DNA from: Acaryochloris sp. CRU_2_0 | GTDB lineage: Bacteria > Cyanobacteriota > Cyanobacteriia > Thermosynechococcales > Thermosynechococcaceae | Direction of reading: 5' to 3' | Assembly (NCBI GenBank): GCA_012034865.1 | Contig: JAAUOM010000011.1 | Location: 1-24,000 of the forward strand | DNA length: 24,000 nt | Part shown: positions 15,533 through 24,000 of the stretch, piece by piece | Layout of the letters: every line of letters begins with the position of its first letter | Numbering within the stretch: the first letter of the stretch is position 1 | The notes under the pieces: model-generated | The model's input: the letters and a program-made list of their open reading frames with translations, nothing else | The model's database searches: none | Told to the model about the DNA's origin: nothing | Position numbers and translations under genes: made by a program

Positions 15533-16651
15533 ATGATGTCGCAAACTTTAGTCATTAAAATTGGCACTTCTAGCTTGACCCATCCAGAGACTGGGCATTT
15601 GGCCTTAGCCACGATCGCAACCCTCGTTGAAGTCCTTACCCAGTTACAACAAGCAGGCCATCAGGTGATTTTGGTGTCTTCTGGAGCTGTTGGCATTGGT
15701 TGTGCCCGTTTAGGTCTAACAGAACGGCCACGGGCCATTACTCTCAAGCAAGCGGTGGCGGCGGTGGGACAAGGGCGATTAATGCGGATTTATGACGACT
15801 TTTTTACTAGTCTGCAACAACCCATTGCCCAAGTCTTGCTGACCCGTGGGGATTTAGTGGATCGCAATCGCTATATTAATGCCTCCAATACCTTGCAAAC
15901 GTTACTGAAATTGAGGGTCATTCCCATTGTCAATGAGAATGATACCGTGGCTGTGGATGAGCTATTGCGTTTTGGCGACAACGATACCCTATCTGCGTTA
16001 GTGGCTGGGTTAGTGCAAGCAGATTGGCTGTTTTTGCTCACGGATGTCGATCGCCTCTACTCCGCTGATCCACGCACTCAGCCAGATGCCCAACCGATTG
16101 CTCAAGTCGAGAGTATGGAGCAGCTCACCCTCCTCAAGGTCAATGCTGGCGATCGCGGATCTCCATGGGGAACCGGAGGGATGGCCACCAAACTCTCAGC
16201 AGCGGCGATCGCCACCGATGCTGGCGTGCGAACAGTTATTACTCAAGGAAAAACCCCTGCCAATATTCCTCGCATCTTAGCAGGCGAACCGATTGGCACC
16301 CAGTTTCAACCCCATCCTCAACCCCATAATGCCCGCAAACATTGGATTGCCCATGCCCTAGTCCCCGCCGGTAAGCTCGTCTTGGATGAAGGAGCCGTCA
16401 ACGCCATTACTCAACTGGGGAAATCTTTACTCGCTGCTGGAATTACCGCCGTTGAAGGTCATTTTCAAAGCCAAGAGGCCGTTAGTTTTTATAATGCTGC
16501 TGGAGAAGAAATTGCCCGAGGATTGGTCAATTATAGTAGTGAGGAACTACAGCAGATCCAAGGAAAACAATCAGAGGAAATTGCCACTGTCCTAGGCTAT
16601 GCCGGGGCAGAGACAGTGGTTCACCGCGATAATTTAGTGATTACAGGGTGA
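15533..16651 (+). CDS. proB: glutamate 5-kinase with C-terminal PUA domain
   Basis: It carries [40 protein letters not shown] and GTGGMATKL, plus a PUA-like C-terminus. The start could be 15533 or 15536; the ORF track's TTG at 15515 is less likely. Confidence 0.9.
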   Translation: MMSQTLVIKIGTSSLTHPETGHLALATIATLVEVLTQLQQAGHQVILVSSGAVGIGCARLGLTERPRAITLKQAVAAVGQGRLMRIYDDFFTSLQQPIAQVLLTRGDLVDRNRYINASNTLQTLLKLRVIPIVNENDTVAVDELLRFGDNDTLSALVAGLVQADWLFLLTDVDRLYSADPRTQPDAQPIAQVESMEQLTLLKVNAGDRGSPWGTGGMATKLSAAAIATDAGVRTVITQGKTPANIPRILAGEPIGTQFQPHPQPHNARKHWIAHALVPAGKLVLDEGAVNAITQLGKSLLAAGITAVEGHFQSQEAVSFYNAAGEEIARGLVNYSSEELQQIQGKQSEEIATVLGYAGAETVVHRDNLVITG

Positions 16652-16703
16652 TGCATCCCGTTTCTATGAAACCCACTTCCATCTTCGCCTTAATGCCTGT
16701 GAC

Positions 16704-17627
16704 TTGGCTCAGGAGACCTCGGTGAGAGCATCACTGCGGTTTATATTCCTCAGTCGTCGTCCCCAAAGATTACGAGCAGGCTGGCGAATCCTCCTACAAA
16801 CGGCCTTCGATCTAGGGACGTATGTTTGTCTACACTTTGTCTTCTTCCGCAATATCTCCAGCTCTAGTCAACAAGCTTTTGTCTTTAATCAGCTTATTTT
16901 GCTAGCATCAACGACCTTATCAATCTTTGTAGCCCGTCGTTCTCTAGATAGACGTTCTTTTGATTCCTTAGGGTTACACATCAATACTTGGATGCTATGG
17001 GATTTGGTTTTTGGATTTGGACTGGCAGGATTGCTAATCGTCGGGATCTATGGCTTTGAGCTACAAGCTGGATGGCTGACATTCAAGGGCTACACTTGGC
17101 AACATATCCCTCTAGACACTATCCTTTCCGAAACCTTCGCTGGGTTCTTGGTTTTAGGGATATGCCCGTCCTGGCAAGAAGAACTCACCCATCGAGGGTA
17201 TTGGCTACAAAATATAAAAGAAGGGCTTAACCTTGCGTTAGGCATTGCGTTGACCTCTATTTTTTTCGCGGTGAGTCATTTGCGCAATCCCCATGCGACA
17301 ACGCTATCCACCTTGATCATTTTTATCGCAGGACTGTGGTTGGTCTATGCTTGGCTGAGCACGCGGCAATTGTGGTTGCCCCTGGGTCTGCACGCGGGTT
17401 GGAACTTTTTTGAAGGGATTGTTTTTGGTTTCCCGGTCAGTGGTTACCAGAGTTTTCATTTAATTGAGCAAACCGTTTCTGGACCCACCTGGATTACAGG
17501 TGGAGCCTTTGGCCCAGAAGCAGGTTTAGTCGGACTGGTCGCCATTGCCCTAGGAGTGTTGTGCGTGTTTGCCTGGAGTCGTTGGCGAACCTACTGGGAT
17601 CAACAAACCCAGATCAGCAGCCCCTAG
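16704..17627 (+). CDS. CPBP-family (CAAX/Abi) intramembrane glutamic endopeptidase
   Basis: It is a polytopic membrane protein with motif 1 EELTHRGY, motif 2 FFAVSHL and motif 3 HAGWNFFEG. The start codon is uncertain (TTG 16704 or GTG 16722). Confidence 0.8.
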   Translation: MAQETSVRASLRFIFLSRRPQRLRAGWRILLQTAFDLGTYVCLHFVFFRNISSSSQQAFVFNQLILLASTTLSIFVARRSLDRRSFDSLGLHINTWMLWDLVFGFGLAGLLIVGIYGFELQAGWLTFKGYTWQHIPLDTILSETFAGFLVLGICPSWQEELTHRGYWLQNIKEGLNLALGIALTSIFFAVSHLRNPHATTLSTLIIFIAGLWLVYAWLSTRQLWLPLGLHAGWNFFEGIVFGFPVSGYQSFHLIEQTVSGPTWITGGAFGPEAGLVGLVAIALGVLCVFAWSRWRTYWDQQTQISSP

Positions 17628-17681
17628 TTTAGGGGCATAGAGGCATCGAGTTAGGACGTCGGCGTTAGAGACCAACAGCTC

Positions 17682-18146
17682 CTAAGGCAAAGGGATAGAG
17701 GCATCCCCTATTTGCGTCCATTCATGATTGCCCAAAATTGCCTCTGGATAGCGATAATGCTTAAACTCCAATAAATTGTGAAACGGATCTTCCAGAAAAA
17801 ACGTGTGATGCTCTAAAGGTAGATCCGGGAAACGGCGTTTGAGATGTTGGTAAAACTGGAGTTGACGGTGTTGGCTTCGCTCTAATAGACTTTGCCAAGC
17901 CGCCTTTTGAGAAAAAACTAAGCCAAAATGCCGTGGATAAATGCTTTTTTGAGGGATTAAAGGTTCATCGGTAACGTGGGCCACCAGTTGGTGACCATAG
18001 AGGCTCAAAATTAAGGATTGGGAATTTTCTCTGCCCAAGTCGCATCCCAGGCCATCGTGGTAGAACTGTTTAGTCTCTGGGATATTCGTGACAGGAAAAG
18101 CGAGGTGGAATAGGATGAAATCAGTTGCAGGCTGTTGTCCTTCCAT
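17682..18146 (-). CDS. VOC (glyoxalase/bleomycin-resistance/dioxygenase) family protein
   Basis: It carries FHLAFPVTNIPETKQFYHDGLGC, HFGLVF and HHTFFLEDPFHNLLEF, which fit the paired beta-alpha-beta-beta-beta module pattern. Confidence 0.7.
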   Translation of the reverse strand: MEGQQPATDFILFHLAFPVTNIPETKQFYHDGLGCDLGRENSQSLILSLYGHQLVAHVTDEPLIPQKSIYPRHFGLVFSQKAAWQSLLERSQHRQLQFYQHLKRRFPDLPLEHHTFFLEDPFHNLLEFKHYRYPEAILGNHEWTQIGDASIPLP

Positions 18147-18166
18147 TGATAGGGTTCTCTCAGAGA

Positions 18167-18930
18167 ATGACTTTTCTTTATGATATTGGCGGTTTGCATC
18201 CTTGGCTGTTGGCGGTGGTGTTGAATGCAGGTTTGGGTCTGCTGGGATGGCGATTGGTTTCCAAGTTGTTAACGCCAGCCGGGTTAATACATGCCTGGAT
18301 TTTAGGTGTGATCATTTGGGGTCTCTTAGGGGCAGCAGGCTATGGGGTGGTCTTGTTTTACTTCCTAGCCGGATCAGCCGTAACCAAAGTAGGTATGGCT
18401 CAAAAAGAAGCCGCAGGTATTGCCGAAAAACGTTCAGGGGCACGGGGACCTGAAAATGTCTGGGGTTCAGCCGCCAGTTCTACCCTGTGTGCCTTAGCAA
18501 CCTTGGTGGTGCCCGTTGTCTATCAGCCGTTATGCTGTCTGGGGTATGTGAGTGGCTTCAGCACGAAGTTGTCGGATACCACTGCCAGTGAAATTGGCAA
18601 AACCTATGGCCAACGAACCTTTTTGATTACAACCTTGCGTCCTGTTCCCCAAGGGACAGAAGGTGCTGTGAGCTTAGAAGGAACCTTAGCAGGAATTGTG
18701 GCTTCAGGGGTGATTGCGGTTTTGGCCTGGGTCGTGGGTTGATCTCGCCTCTGGGAATTGGATTTTGTGTCGTGGCTGCCTTTATTGCCACTACCCTGGA
18801 AAGTGTGATTGGGGCAACCCTTCAATCCCGGTTCGCGTGGCTCACCAATGAAGTGGTGAATGGTATTAATACCTTCATCGGTGCGATCGCAGCCATGGGG
18901 ATGACCATCGCTTGGACGGCTCTGTCCTGA
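18167..18930 (+). pseudogene. DUF92/TIGR00297-family integral membrane protein, split by a 1-nt frame break at 18739-18740
   Basis: The first ORF ends ...GVIAVLAWVVG-TGA at 18740-18742. A second ORF in the next frame continues (L)ISPLGIGFCVVAAFIATTLESVIGATLQ...LTNEVVNGINTFIGA. Together they give the length and motifs of one DUF92 protein. One extra T in GGTTGATC would restore VVGLISPLG. The 5' start is uncertain (ATG 18167 or TTG 18125). Confidence 0.7.
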
Positions 18931-19008
18931 CAGATGATTAGGGATAGAAGATGGATGCGAGAGATAGACGATAGGTTGATGCATCGGTGAAAGGGGGCCA
19001 AAGTCAGG

Positions 19009-19545
19009 ATGGCTTCAAAACCAGGAATTGCGCCCATGGTATTAGCTGCGGTAGTGGGAGGGTCGGCAGCCTTTTTGTTAACGCAGCTTTACTTCAGTAT
19101 TTGGATTGAGCCTTCCATTACGGCGGCGAAAGCGCCACCAGTTCTGGAAGTGAAGCCGACGGTGCCTCCTGCGATCGCAACCCAACCTAGCCCCCCTTCT
19201 CCTGCTGCTGATCCTGGAACGGATGTTTTACGCATCAGCAATCAGACCCGTTATCCAGTGCGGGTAGTTCTCCGCAGCCACCGTAACCCCAATCATCCCA
19301 ATTCTCCTGGCACTTCCGCATTCCAAGAACCTGTGCATTGGGACTTTGCGCCTCAAGAAGGCAACCAGACAGGATTACAGGTTACTCTTCCTGAAGGGGG
19401 TCTACACCTGTCTGAAGGAGATGTGCTGATGGCCTTTGCTTTAGATGGCTCTCAGCGGTATTGGGGACCCTATGTAGTCGGAGATACCGATCAGCCGATT
19501 CAGCAAAAGGCGGTCTCGCAATGGCATTTGGTCATTCGACCCTGA
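19009..19545 (+). CDS. hypothetical membrane-anchored protein with Pro-rich linker
   Basis: The 178-aa product has an N-terminal TM helix (MVLAAVVGGSAAFLLTQLYFSIWI), a Pro-rich spacer (PPVLEVKPTVPPAIATQPSPPSPAADP), and then a globular C-terminal domain. I do not recognise the family. Confidence 0.55.
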   Translation: MASKPGIAPMVLAAVVGGSAAFLLTQLYFSIWIEPSITAAKAPPVLEVKPTVPPAIATQPSPPSPAADPGTDVLRISNQTRYPVRVVLRSHRNPNHPNSPGTSAFQEPVHWDFAPQEGNQTGLQVTLPEGGLHLSEGDVLMAFALDGSQRYWGPYVVGDTDQPIQQKAVSQWHLVIRP

Positions 19546-19558
19546 ACCCTTTCAGGAT

Positions 19559-20170
19559 TTAAAATCCCAACTCAGTCTGTAGGTTTAAAAGCTGAGGCCG
19601 CAGGGCTTTGAATGCCTCACCCCGATGGCTGATGCGCTGTTTTGTCTCCCTTGACAGTTCAGCAAAGGTTCGTTGCATGGAAGGCACATAAAAAATCGGA
19701 TCATATCCAAATCCCCCTTCCCCTTGCGGGGTCATCAGAATTTCACCCAAACAAACTCCTTGCGCCTGACAGGCGAGACGACCATCGGGGCGAGCTAGGG
19801 CAATGGCACACACAAATTGAGCGGAGCGATGGTCTCCGACCGACCGAAGGTCATTGCCTACATCCCCCAAGGCAGTGAGCAGGCGTTGAATCCGATCTGC
19901 ATCAGTTTTGCCATACCGCGCTGAGTAAATCCCCGGTGCGCCCTTCAAGGCCATCACCTCTAACCCAGAATCATCGGCGATCGCCCATTGTCCGGTATGC
20001 TCAGCTACCTGACAGGCTTTTAGCGCTGCATTTTCAGCGAAGGTTTGGCCAGTTTCCTCAATCTCTAAGCCCGCTGGCATGAATTGCAATTCCCAAGAAA
20101 ATTCTGACAGATGGTGCTGCATTTCCGCTAATTTACCTGGGTTTTGAGTGGCAACAACTAAAGGAGTCAT
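19559..20170 (-). CDS. rdgB: RdgB/HAM1-family non-canonical purine NTP pyrophosphatase
   Basis: It carries VVATQNPGKLAEM, ENAALKA, ADDSGLEV, GAPGIYSARY, GFGYDPIF and SHRGEA. Confidence 0.9.
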   Translation of the reverse strand: MTPLVVATQNPGKLAEMQHHLSEFSWELQFMPAGLEIEETGQTFAENAALKACQVAEHTGQWAIADDSGLEVMALKGAPGIYSARYGKTDADRIQRLLTALGDVGNDLRSVGDHRSAQFVCAIALARPDGRLACQAQGVCLGEILMTPQGEGGFGYDPIFYVPSMQRTFAELSRETKQRISHRGEAFKALRPQLLNLQTELGF

Positions 20171-20252
20171 AGATGGATAATCTGGTGGAAGGCCAAATTT
20201 AAGATTGAGATGGGTCTAATACTATTTTGTGTTTATTCGGTTACAGATTCAC

Positions 20253-20279
20253 AGATGGGGAAGATAGGGGAGATAGGGA
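20253..20279 (+). repeat. three tandem all-purine 9-mers (AGATGGGGA AGATAGGGG AGATAGGGA)
   Basis: Read directly from 20253-20279 in the rdgB/rnhA divergent intergenic region. The surrounding 150 nt holds 7 GATRG pentamers. Confidence 0.6.
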
Positions 20280-20360
20280 GGAATTTGCAGATGGACTGAA
20301 GAGAATGGGTATAAACCAGCATAGGATGAAAGCGAATCCTGTCGTGAGGTTGATGGATAG

Positions 20361-21137
20361 ATGTCGGCTTTCCCTGAAATTAAGAGTATTTATACTGATG
20401 GTGCTTGCTCTGGCAATCCTGGTCCTGGGGGCTGGGGCAGTGTGATCTATTTTGCGAATGGGGCTTGCCATGAAATGGGGGGGGCAGTGACCCAGACCAC
20501 CAATAACCGGATGGAGTTACAGGCTGCGATCTCCGTCTTAGAATTTTTGCAAGACAAAAACTTACCTGCTGGTGTGCCCCTGTACACGGACAGCGAGTAT
20601 GTCAAAAACGGAATCACCAAGTGGCTGGTAGGCTGGAAACAAAAGGGCTGGAAAACAGCTCAGGGTAAACCCGTCTTAAACCAAGATCTCTGGCAACAGC
20701 TCGATCAGTTGAATGGAGGCTCAATAGACTGGCGCTATGTCCCCGGTCATGCAGGCCATCAAGGCAATGAACGGTGTGACCAAATTGCCCGTGCCTTTGC
20801 CCACAATCAACCCCCTAAACTTCACCAAATCACGGTTATGACTGAACTATCGAACCCCAACCAGCAGCCTACCCCTACCCCAGAACTGTTAGCTCCTCCT
20901 TTCAGTGAATCTAGAGTCTTACATCTGCAAGATTTAATGGCAACCCTTAAAATTGCAGATGAGATTGCAGCGGCAGGATATTTGATCAGCAGTTCAGAAC
21001 TGGCGGATTTGATGGCGGTTCACGCCAATGCCGTCACCAGTAAAGGGGATGAATGGGTCTGGCGAAACTGGTTAATTTCTCGGGTACGGCGCGAAGGGAA
21101 TCAAATCCTTTGGCAATTAGAGCGAATCAACTCTTAG
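20361..21137 (+). CDS. rnhA: ribonuclease HI with a ~110-aa C-terminal extension
   Basis: The N-terminal ~145 aa carry IYTDGACSGNPGPGGWG, NNRMELQAAI, LYTDSEYV, W..KGWKTA.GKPV.N.DLW and GHAGHQGNERCDQIA. A Pro/Gln-rich linker follows, then an unassigned ~75-aa domain (YLISSSELADLM...WVWRNWLISRVRREGNQILWQLE). Confidence 0.9.
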   Translation: MSAFPEIKSIYTDGACSGNPGPGGWGSVIYFANGACHEMGGAVTQTTNNRMELQAAISVLEFLQDKNLPAGVPLYTDSEYVKNGITKWLVGWKQKGWKTAQGKPVLNQDLWQQLDQLNGGSIDWRYVPGHAGHQGNERCDQIARAFAHNQPPKLHQITVMTELSNPNQQPTPTPELLAPPFSESRVLHLQDLMATLKIADEIAAAGYLISSSELADLMAVHANAVTSKGDEWVWRNWLISRVRREGNQILWQLERINS

Positions 21138-21147
21138 GTAGAGATTA

Positions 21148-21582
21148 CTAGTCTCCACTACCCGTGATCCGCTGTTTGAGCTGGCGATAGTTGGTGAGCA
21201 ACTGTTGACGGCTTTCGGCATAGCGTAAATAGTGCCAAGCAAACCAAACCGAATAGCCCAGCCCAATGAGTTCTAGTAAGGGTGCCACTAAAGGGATGGC
21301 ATTGAGAACATCTAGAACCCCATCTGCAACAGCCACTGAGACCAAAGCCGTTAAAATAATCGCGCCGGTTGTCAATGGTTTTTGATAGATTTCAAAGGTT
21401 TCCCCAAACTGTTTGGGGAAGACATCGACAAAGTCTCTTAACTTTTCGCCAATTTCCTTGACATTAATTGCGGTGGAATCGTTCGAAGATAGGCGCGACA
21501 AATTTCCAGACATCTCAGAATTCACATCCAAATCAACCGTTGGTTTGGCAGAGGTCGTCTTTGTTTCGGGGTCAGAAGCCAT
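21148..21582 (-). CDS. CAAD-domain protein (CurT/CURT1-like thylakoid membrane protein)
   Basis: The 144-aa product has an acidic N-terminal region, then two TM helices with LVAPLLELIGLGYSVWFAWHYL, which resembles the CAAD/CURT1 signature. Confidence 0.7.
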   Translation of the reverse strand: MASDPETKTTSAKPTVDLDVNSEMSGNLSRLSSNDSTAINVKEIGEKLRDFVDVFPKQFGETFEIYQKPLTTGAIILTALVSVAVADGVLDVLNAIPLVAPLLELIGLGYSVWFAWHYLRYAESRQQLLTNYRQLKQRITGSGD

Positions 21583-21769
21583 GATTTTCTATGAAAATAA
21601 AATAATGGAGTTGGCAGAAATAAAACTATATCTCATGATCACCTGTTTAAGCATGGTTAGCTTAACATCAACTGGAGCGTCTCAGGATAGATGCCCACAG
21701 CCTAAGATCTGATGTAATCATGTTACCCATTTTTCCCCAGAATACCTGTGCCTCTCCAGATGGATTTAA

Positions 21770-23110
21770 TCATCGCTTGTAGTCTTTGCTTACTCCTCTT
21801 TGAGAACTTTGCTGATTTTGATCCTGAGGATGTAAACCTGTGGCCATGGTCAGTTCTAACTCAATAGAGACGGGAAAGATAATCCAAGTGCGGCGAAAGG
21901 GTTGAATCAACGTTTGCACTAGTGCGGACACCTCACTGATTTCAATTAGCCCTTTCCTGGTTAACAAGTTAATGCCCCGTTGGTAGAGGGTATAGCCTCG
22001 CGTCAGTGCTACTTGTAAGCCCGTATAGTAGTCGGGGTTCAAGCCTTGATTACGGAGCAGATGCTGACTGTAGGTGAAAAGCTCTTGTTGTTGATCGTTA
22101 TCTAAGGCGCTAATATCCAGGGCTTTCAGCAAATTTCGATCCAGATAGCGGCGACATAAATCGCTTAAAATGCTATCTTGACTGTGCTGCCATTGCTGTA
22201 GATGATAGGTGAAGCGGATATCGTCCGCAGCCAAATAATCCGTCAAGGACAGCTCCAGCCCTGTGTGGGTTAACCAAGCGCTAACGGTTTGATCAGCGGC
22301 AAGTTGCTCAGAGGCCAAGAGTACTCTCGCTCGCCGGAATGCCTGTGCTAATCCCCAAGCAGATGCCAAATTTTTGGGATGGTTGTAGATTTGGGCGTAC
22401 ATAAAGTAGCGCACCACTAAATAATGCTCAATAGCTGCTTGTCCCTTTTGAGCCACCACCAGTTGTTGGGTTTGGGGGTCATAGTCTAGGGCCATGAGAA
22501 TGCGCTCCAAATCGAGCTGTCCATAGGAAGCCCCGGTAAAGTAGCTATCGCGCAACAGGTAATCTAGGCGATCGCAATCTAACTGGCTAGAAATCAATTG
22601 GCTGACCAAGGGGAACTCAAAAGTCTTCAGATACACTTGCTCCAGTTGAGAGACCAAAGCTGGATCAAACCCGTCCAATAATTGGCGCACCGCAGGAGCC
22701 TCCCTCAAAATCCTGCGAGTCCATATTTCATGATGGCTCTGAAAGATTTCCTCCCCCGTATGGCTAAAGGGACCATGACCAATGTCGTGCAGCAGCGCTC
22801 CACACAGCACTAAGGCACGATAGGGCTGTAATTGTGGATAATGGGTCATCAGCCGATCAAATGCCCGCCGCGCCACCTGCATCACCCCCAAGGAATGGGT
22901 GAAACGCGAACCTTCAGCACCATGAAAGGTTAAGTTGGCCGTTCCCAATTGCCGGATCCGGCGTAACCGCTGAAATTCAGGGGTATCCACCAGTTGAATT
23001 AACAGCGCCTCAACAGGGTCTTGGGTCGCCAGGGTAATCGCCCCATGTAAGGGGTCATGGTACGTCCGACTAGGAGGAGGATACTGCACTCGCCAGCACC
23101 GCAGGTTCAC
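21770..23110 (-). CDS. HD-domain phosphohydrolase, dGTPase/SAMHD1-like
   Basis: It carries YHDPLHGAITL, TPEFQRLRRIRQLG, RFTHSLGV, ALLHDIGHGPFSH and DCDRLDYLLRDSYFTG. The start is either ATG 23110 or GTG 23092, and both overlap the upstream gene's end. Confidence 0.85.
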   Translation of the reverse strand: MNLRCWRVQYPPPSRTYHDPLHGAITLATQDPVEALLIQLVDTPEFQRLRRIRQLGTANLTFHGAEGSRFTHSLGVMQVARRAFDRLMTHYPQLQPYRALVLCGALLHDIGHGPFSHTGEEIFQSHHEIWTRRILREAPAVRQLLDGFDPALVSQLEQVYLKTFEFPLVSQLISSQLDCDRLDYLLRDSYFTGASYGQLDLERILMALDYDPQTQQLVVAQKGQAAIEHYLVVRYFMYAQIYNHPKNLASAWGLAQAFRRARVLLASEQLAADQTVSAWLTHTGLELSLTDYLAADDIRFTYHLQQWQHSQDSILSDLCRRYLDRNLLKALDISALDNDQQQELFTYSQHLLRNQGLNPDYYTGLQVALTRGYTLYQRGINLLTRKGLIEISEVSALVQTLIQPFRRTWIIFPVSIELELTMATGLHPQDQNQQSSQRGVSKDYKR

Positions 23111-24000
23111 AGAGCATTTTCAGCGCCTGCTGATATTGGGTATCCACTTCGGTACCAATTTGATCACTGCGCAGGGTTCTTAAAGTCACAACTTTATCGG
23201 GGGTAATGCCAATTTTATTAATATTGTGATGATGGGGTGTTTCATACTTAGCAATGGTAATAGCTAAGCCCGATCCATCAGACAGGTTGAATAGGGATTG
23301 AATGGATCCCTTGCCATAGGTACGTTCCCCCACCAGTTTAGCCCGACCATTCTCTTGCAGTGCCCCTGCTAAGATTTCACTGGAGCTGGCAGTGCCTCGA
23401 TTCACTAAGACCACCAGCGGGTCATCAGTTAAGGAACCAGAATTGGCCTCGAAATTGTTGCGAATGCCCTGGCGATCGACGGTATAGACAATCGGGCTGG
23501 GATTGAGCCAAAGCTGAGCGATTTCCACCCCTGCTTGCAGCAACCCCCCCGGATTATTGCGTAAGTCTAAAATATAACCATCGGCTCCTTCGGCTTCTAG
23601 GCGCAGAATCGCCGCTTCCATCTGTTGGGTGGCATTAGCATTGAATTGGCGCAGGCGAATAAAGCCTATATCTCTTCCCTTCGGTTGGTTCCGCAGTTCC
23701 GCAAAAACAGGATTGATGGCAATGCGATCGCGCTTCAACGGGAAGACTAACACCTCCTTTTGATCTTGAGCATCTCGACGTTGCACTTTCAGTTGGACGC
23801 TGGTGCCCACCGGTCCGCGCATCCGCTCCGCCGCCTCATCCAACGTCAGGGTGGTGGTCGGTACGCTATCAATATCGAGGATCTGATCGGCTGCTTGCAC
23901 CCCCGCCAGAGCGGCTGGCGATCCTTCAATGGGAGCCAGCACTTCTAAATAACCGGTCTCCGCATTTTGGACAATTTGTAACCCTACCCCCGTCAACTCA
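23070..24000 (-). CDS. S41-family carboxyl-terminal processing protease (Ctp), partial; N-terminus lies beyond window end
   Basis: It has a PDZ segment (GSPAALAGVQAADQILDID), then DLRNNPGGLL, NRGTASSSEILAGAL and GERTYGKGSIQ, which give the Ser/Lys dyad context. The reading frame is open to the window edge. Confidence 0.9.
   Translation of the reverse strand, partial: ELTGVGLQIVQNAETGYLEVLAPIEGSPAALAGVQAADQILDIDSVPTTTLTLDEAAERMRGPVGTSVQLKVQRRDAQDQKEVLVFPLKRDRIAINPVFAELRNQPKGRDIGFIRLRQFNANATQQMEAAILRLEAEGADGYILDLRNNPGGLLQAGVEIAQLWLNPSPIVYTVDRQGIRNNFEANSGSLTDDPLVVLVNRGTASSSEILAGALQENGRAKLVGERTYGKGSIQSLFNLSDGSGLAITIAKYETPHHHNINKIGITPDKVVTLRTLRSDQIGTEVDTQYQQALKMLCEPAVLASAVSSS

Larger units (their letters stand above)
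1398..23731. repeat. dispersed HIP1 palindromes (GCGATCGC), about 20 exact copies
   Basis: Exact copies found by eye start at 1398, 2401, 4178, 4258, 4563, 6326, 6741, 9103, 9971, 10209, 10567, 11173, 12717, 16149, 16204, 18883, 19171, 19977, 22568 and 23724. About 0.4 copies are expected by chance in 24 kb. Confidence 0.85.

Noticed and set aside
18144-18169. VOC and DUF92 start codons placed head-to-head only 20 bp apart, or overlapping if TTG 18125 is used
   Set aside because: This most likely reflects uncertainty in one or both start codons, or promoters embedded in the neighbouring coding region. The sequence alone offers no further signal to interpret.
20227-20471. ORFs 20227..20445 (+) and 20241..20471 (-) in the rdgB/rnhA spacer
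   Set aside because: They mirror each other across a purine-rich repeat tract and run into the rnhA coding region. Their translations are low-complexity, so they are most likely artefacts of the repeat.
23070-23110. 41-nt same-strand overlap between the Ctp protease 3' end and the HD phosphohydrolase start
   Set aside because: This is probably a start-codon choice issue, since a GTG at 23092 is an alternative. Short overlaps are common in operons, and nothing suggests recoding.
1-24000. Search for CRISPR arrays, transposases or integrases, inverted terminal repeats, toxin-antitoxin pairs, restriction-modification or other defence genes
   Set aside because: None was found. There are no spaced direct-repeat arrays, no recombinase or transposase motifs in any ORF, and no small adjacent ORF pairs of TA type. 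The window reads as core chromosome. The only foreign-looking part is the AT-rich monooxygenase segment, which has no flanking mobile-element scars.

Overview
This window looks like a cyanobacterial chromosomal segment. By eye I count about 20 exact copies of the HIP1 octamer GCGATCGC, against fewer than 1 expected by chance. It also carries psaD, a CAAD/CurT-like gene, and a trnL(UAA) gene interrupted by the classic group I intron. About 27 protein genes are supported, and most are housekeeping. They are: the trpE 5' end, psaD, a MEKHLA-domain protein, an HtrA-family protease, recQ, a DUF350-like protein, an ArsC/Spx-family protein, a thioredoxin-like/CcdA/MsrA trio, a FAD monooxygenase/HAD hydrolase/HisC-like aminotransferase/pirin string, two translationally coupled unknowns, a GST, a GNAT, proB, a CPBP protease, a VOC protein, a DUF92 gene, a membrane-anchored unknown, rdgB, rnhA with a C-terminal extension, an HD phosphohydrolase, and an S41 C-terminal processing protease. 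I see no CRISPR array, transposase, integrase, toxin-antitoxin pair or recognisable defence gene, and no clear-cut novel system. The best candidates for follow-up are: (1) an apparently exported methionine-sulfoxide repair module (Trx-like + CcdA + signal-bearing MsrA); (2) a tightly packed four-gene putative operon of unassigned metabolic role that includes an AT-rich monooxygenase gene; (3) an ATGA-coupled pair of genes I cannot assign to any family; (4) single-base frame breaks in homopolymer runs of trpE and the DUF92 gene, which are either real pseudogenes or assembly errors. All family calls come from motif recognition in the supplied translations. No database search was run.
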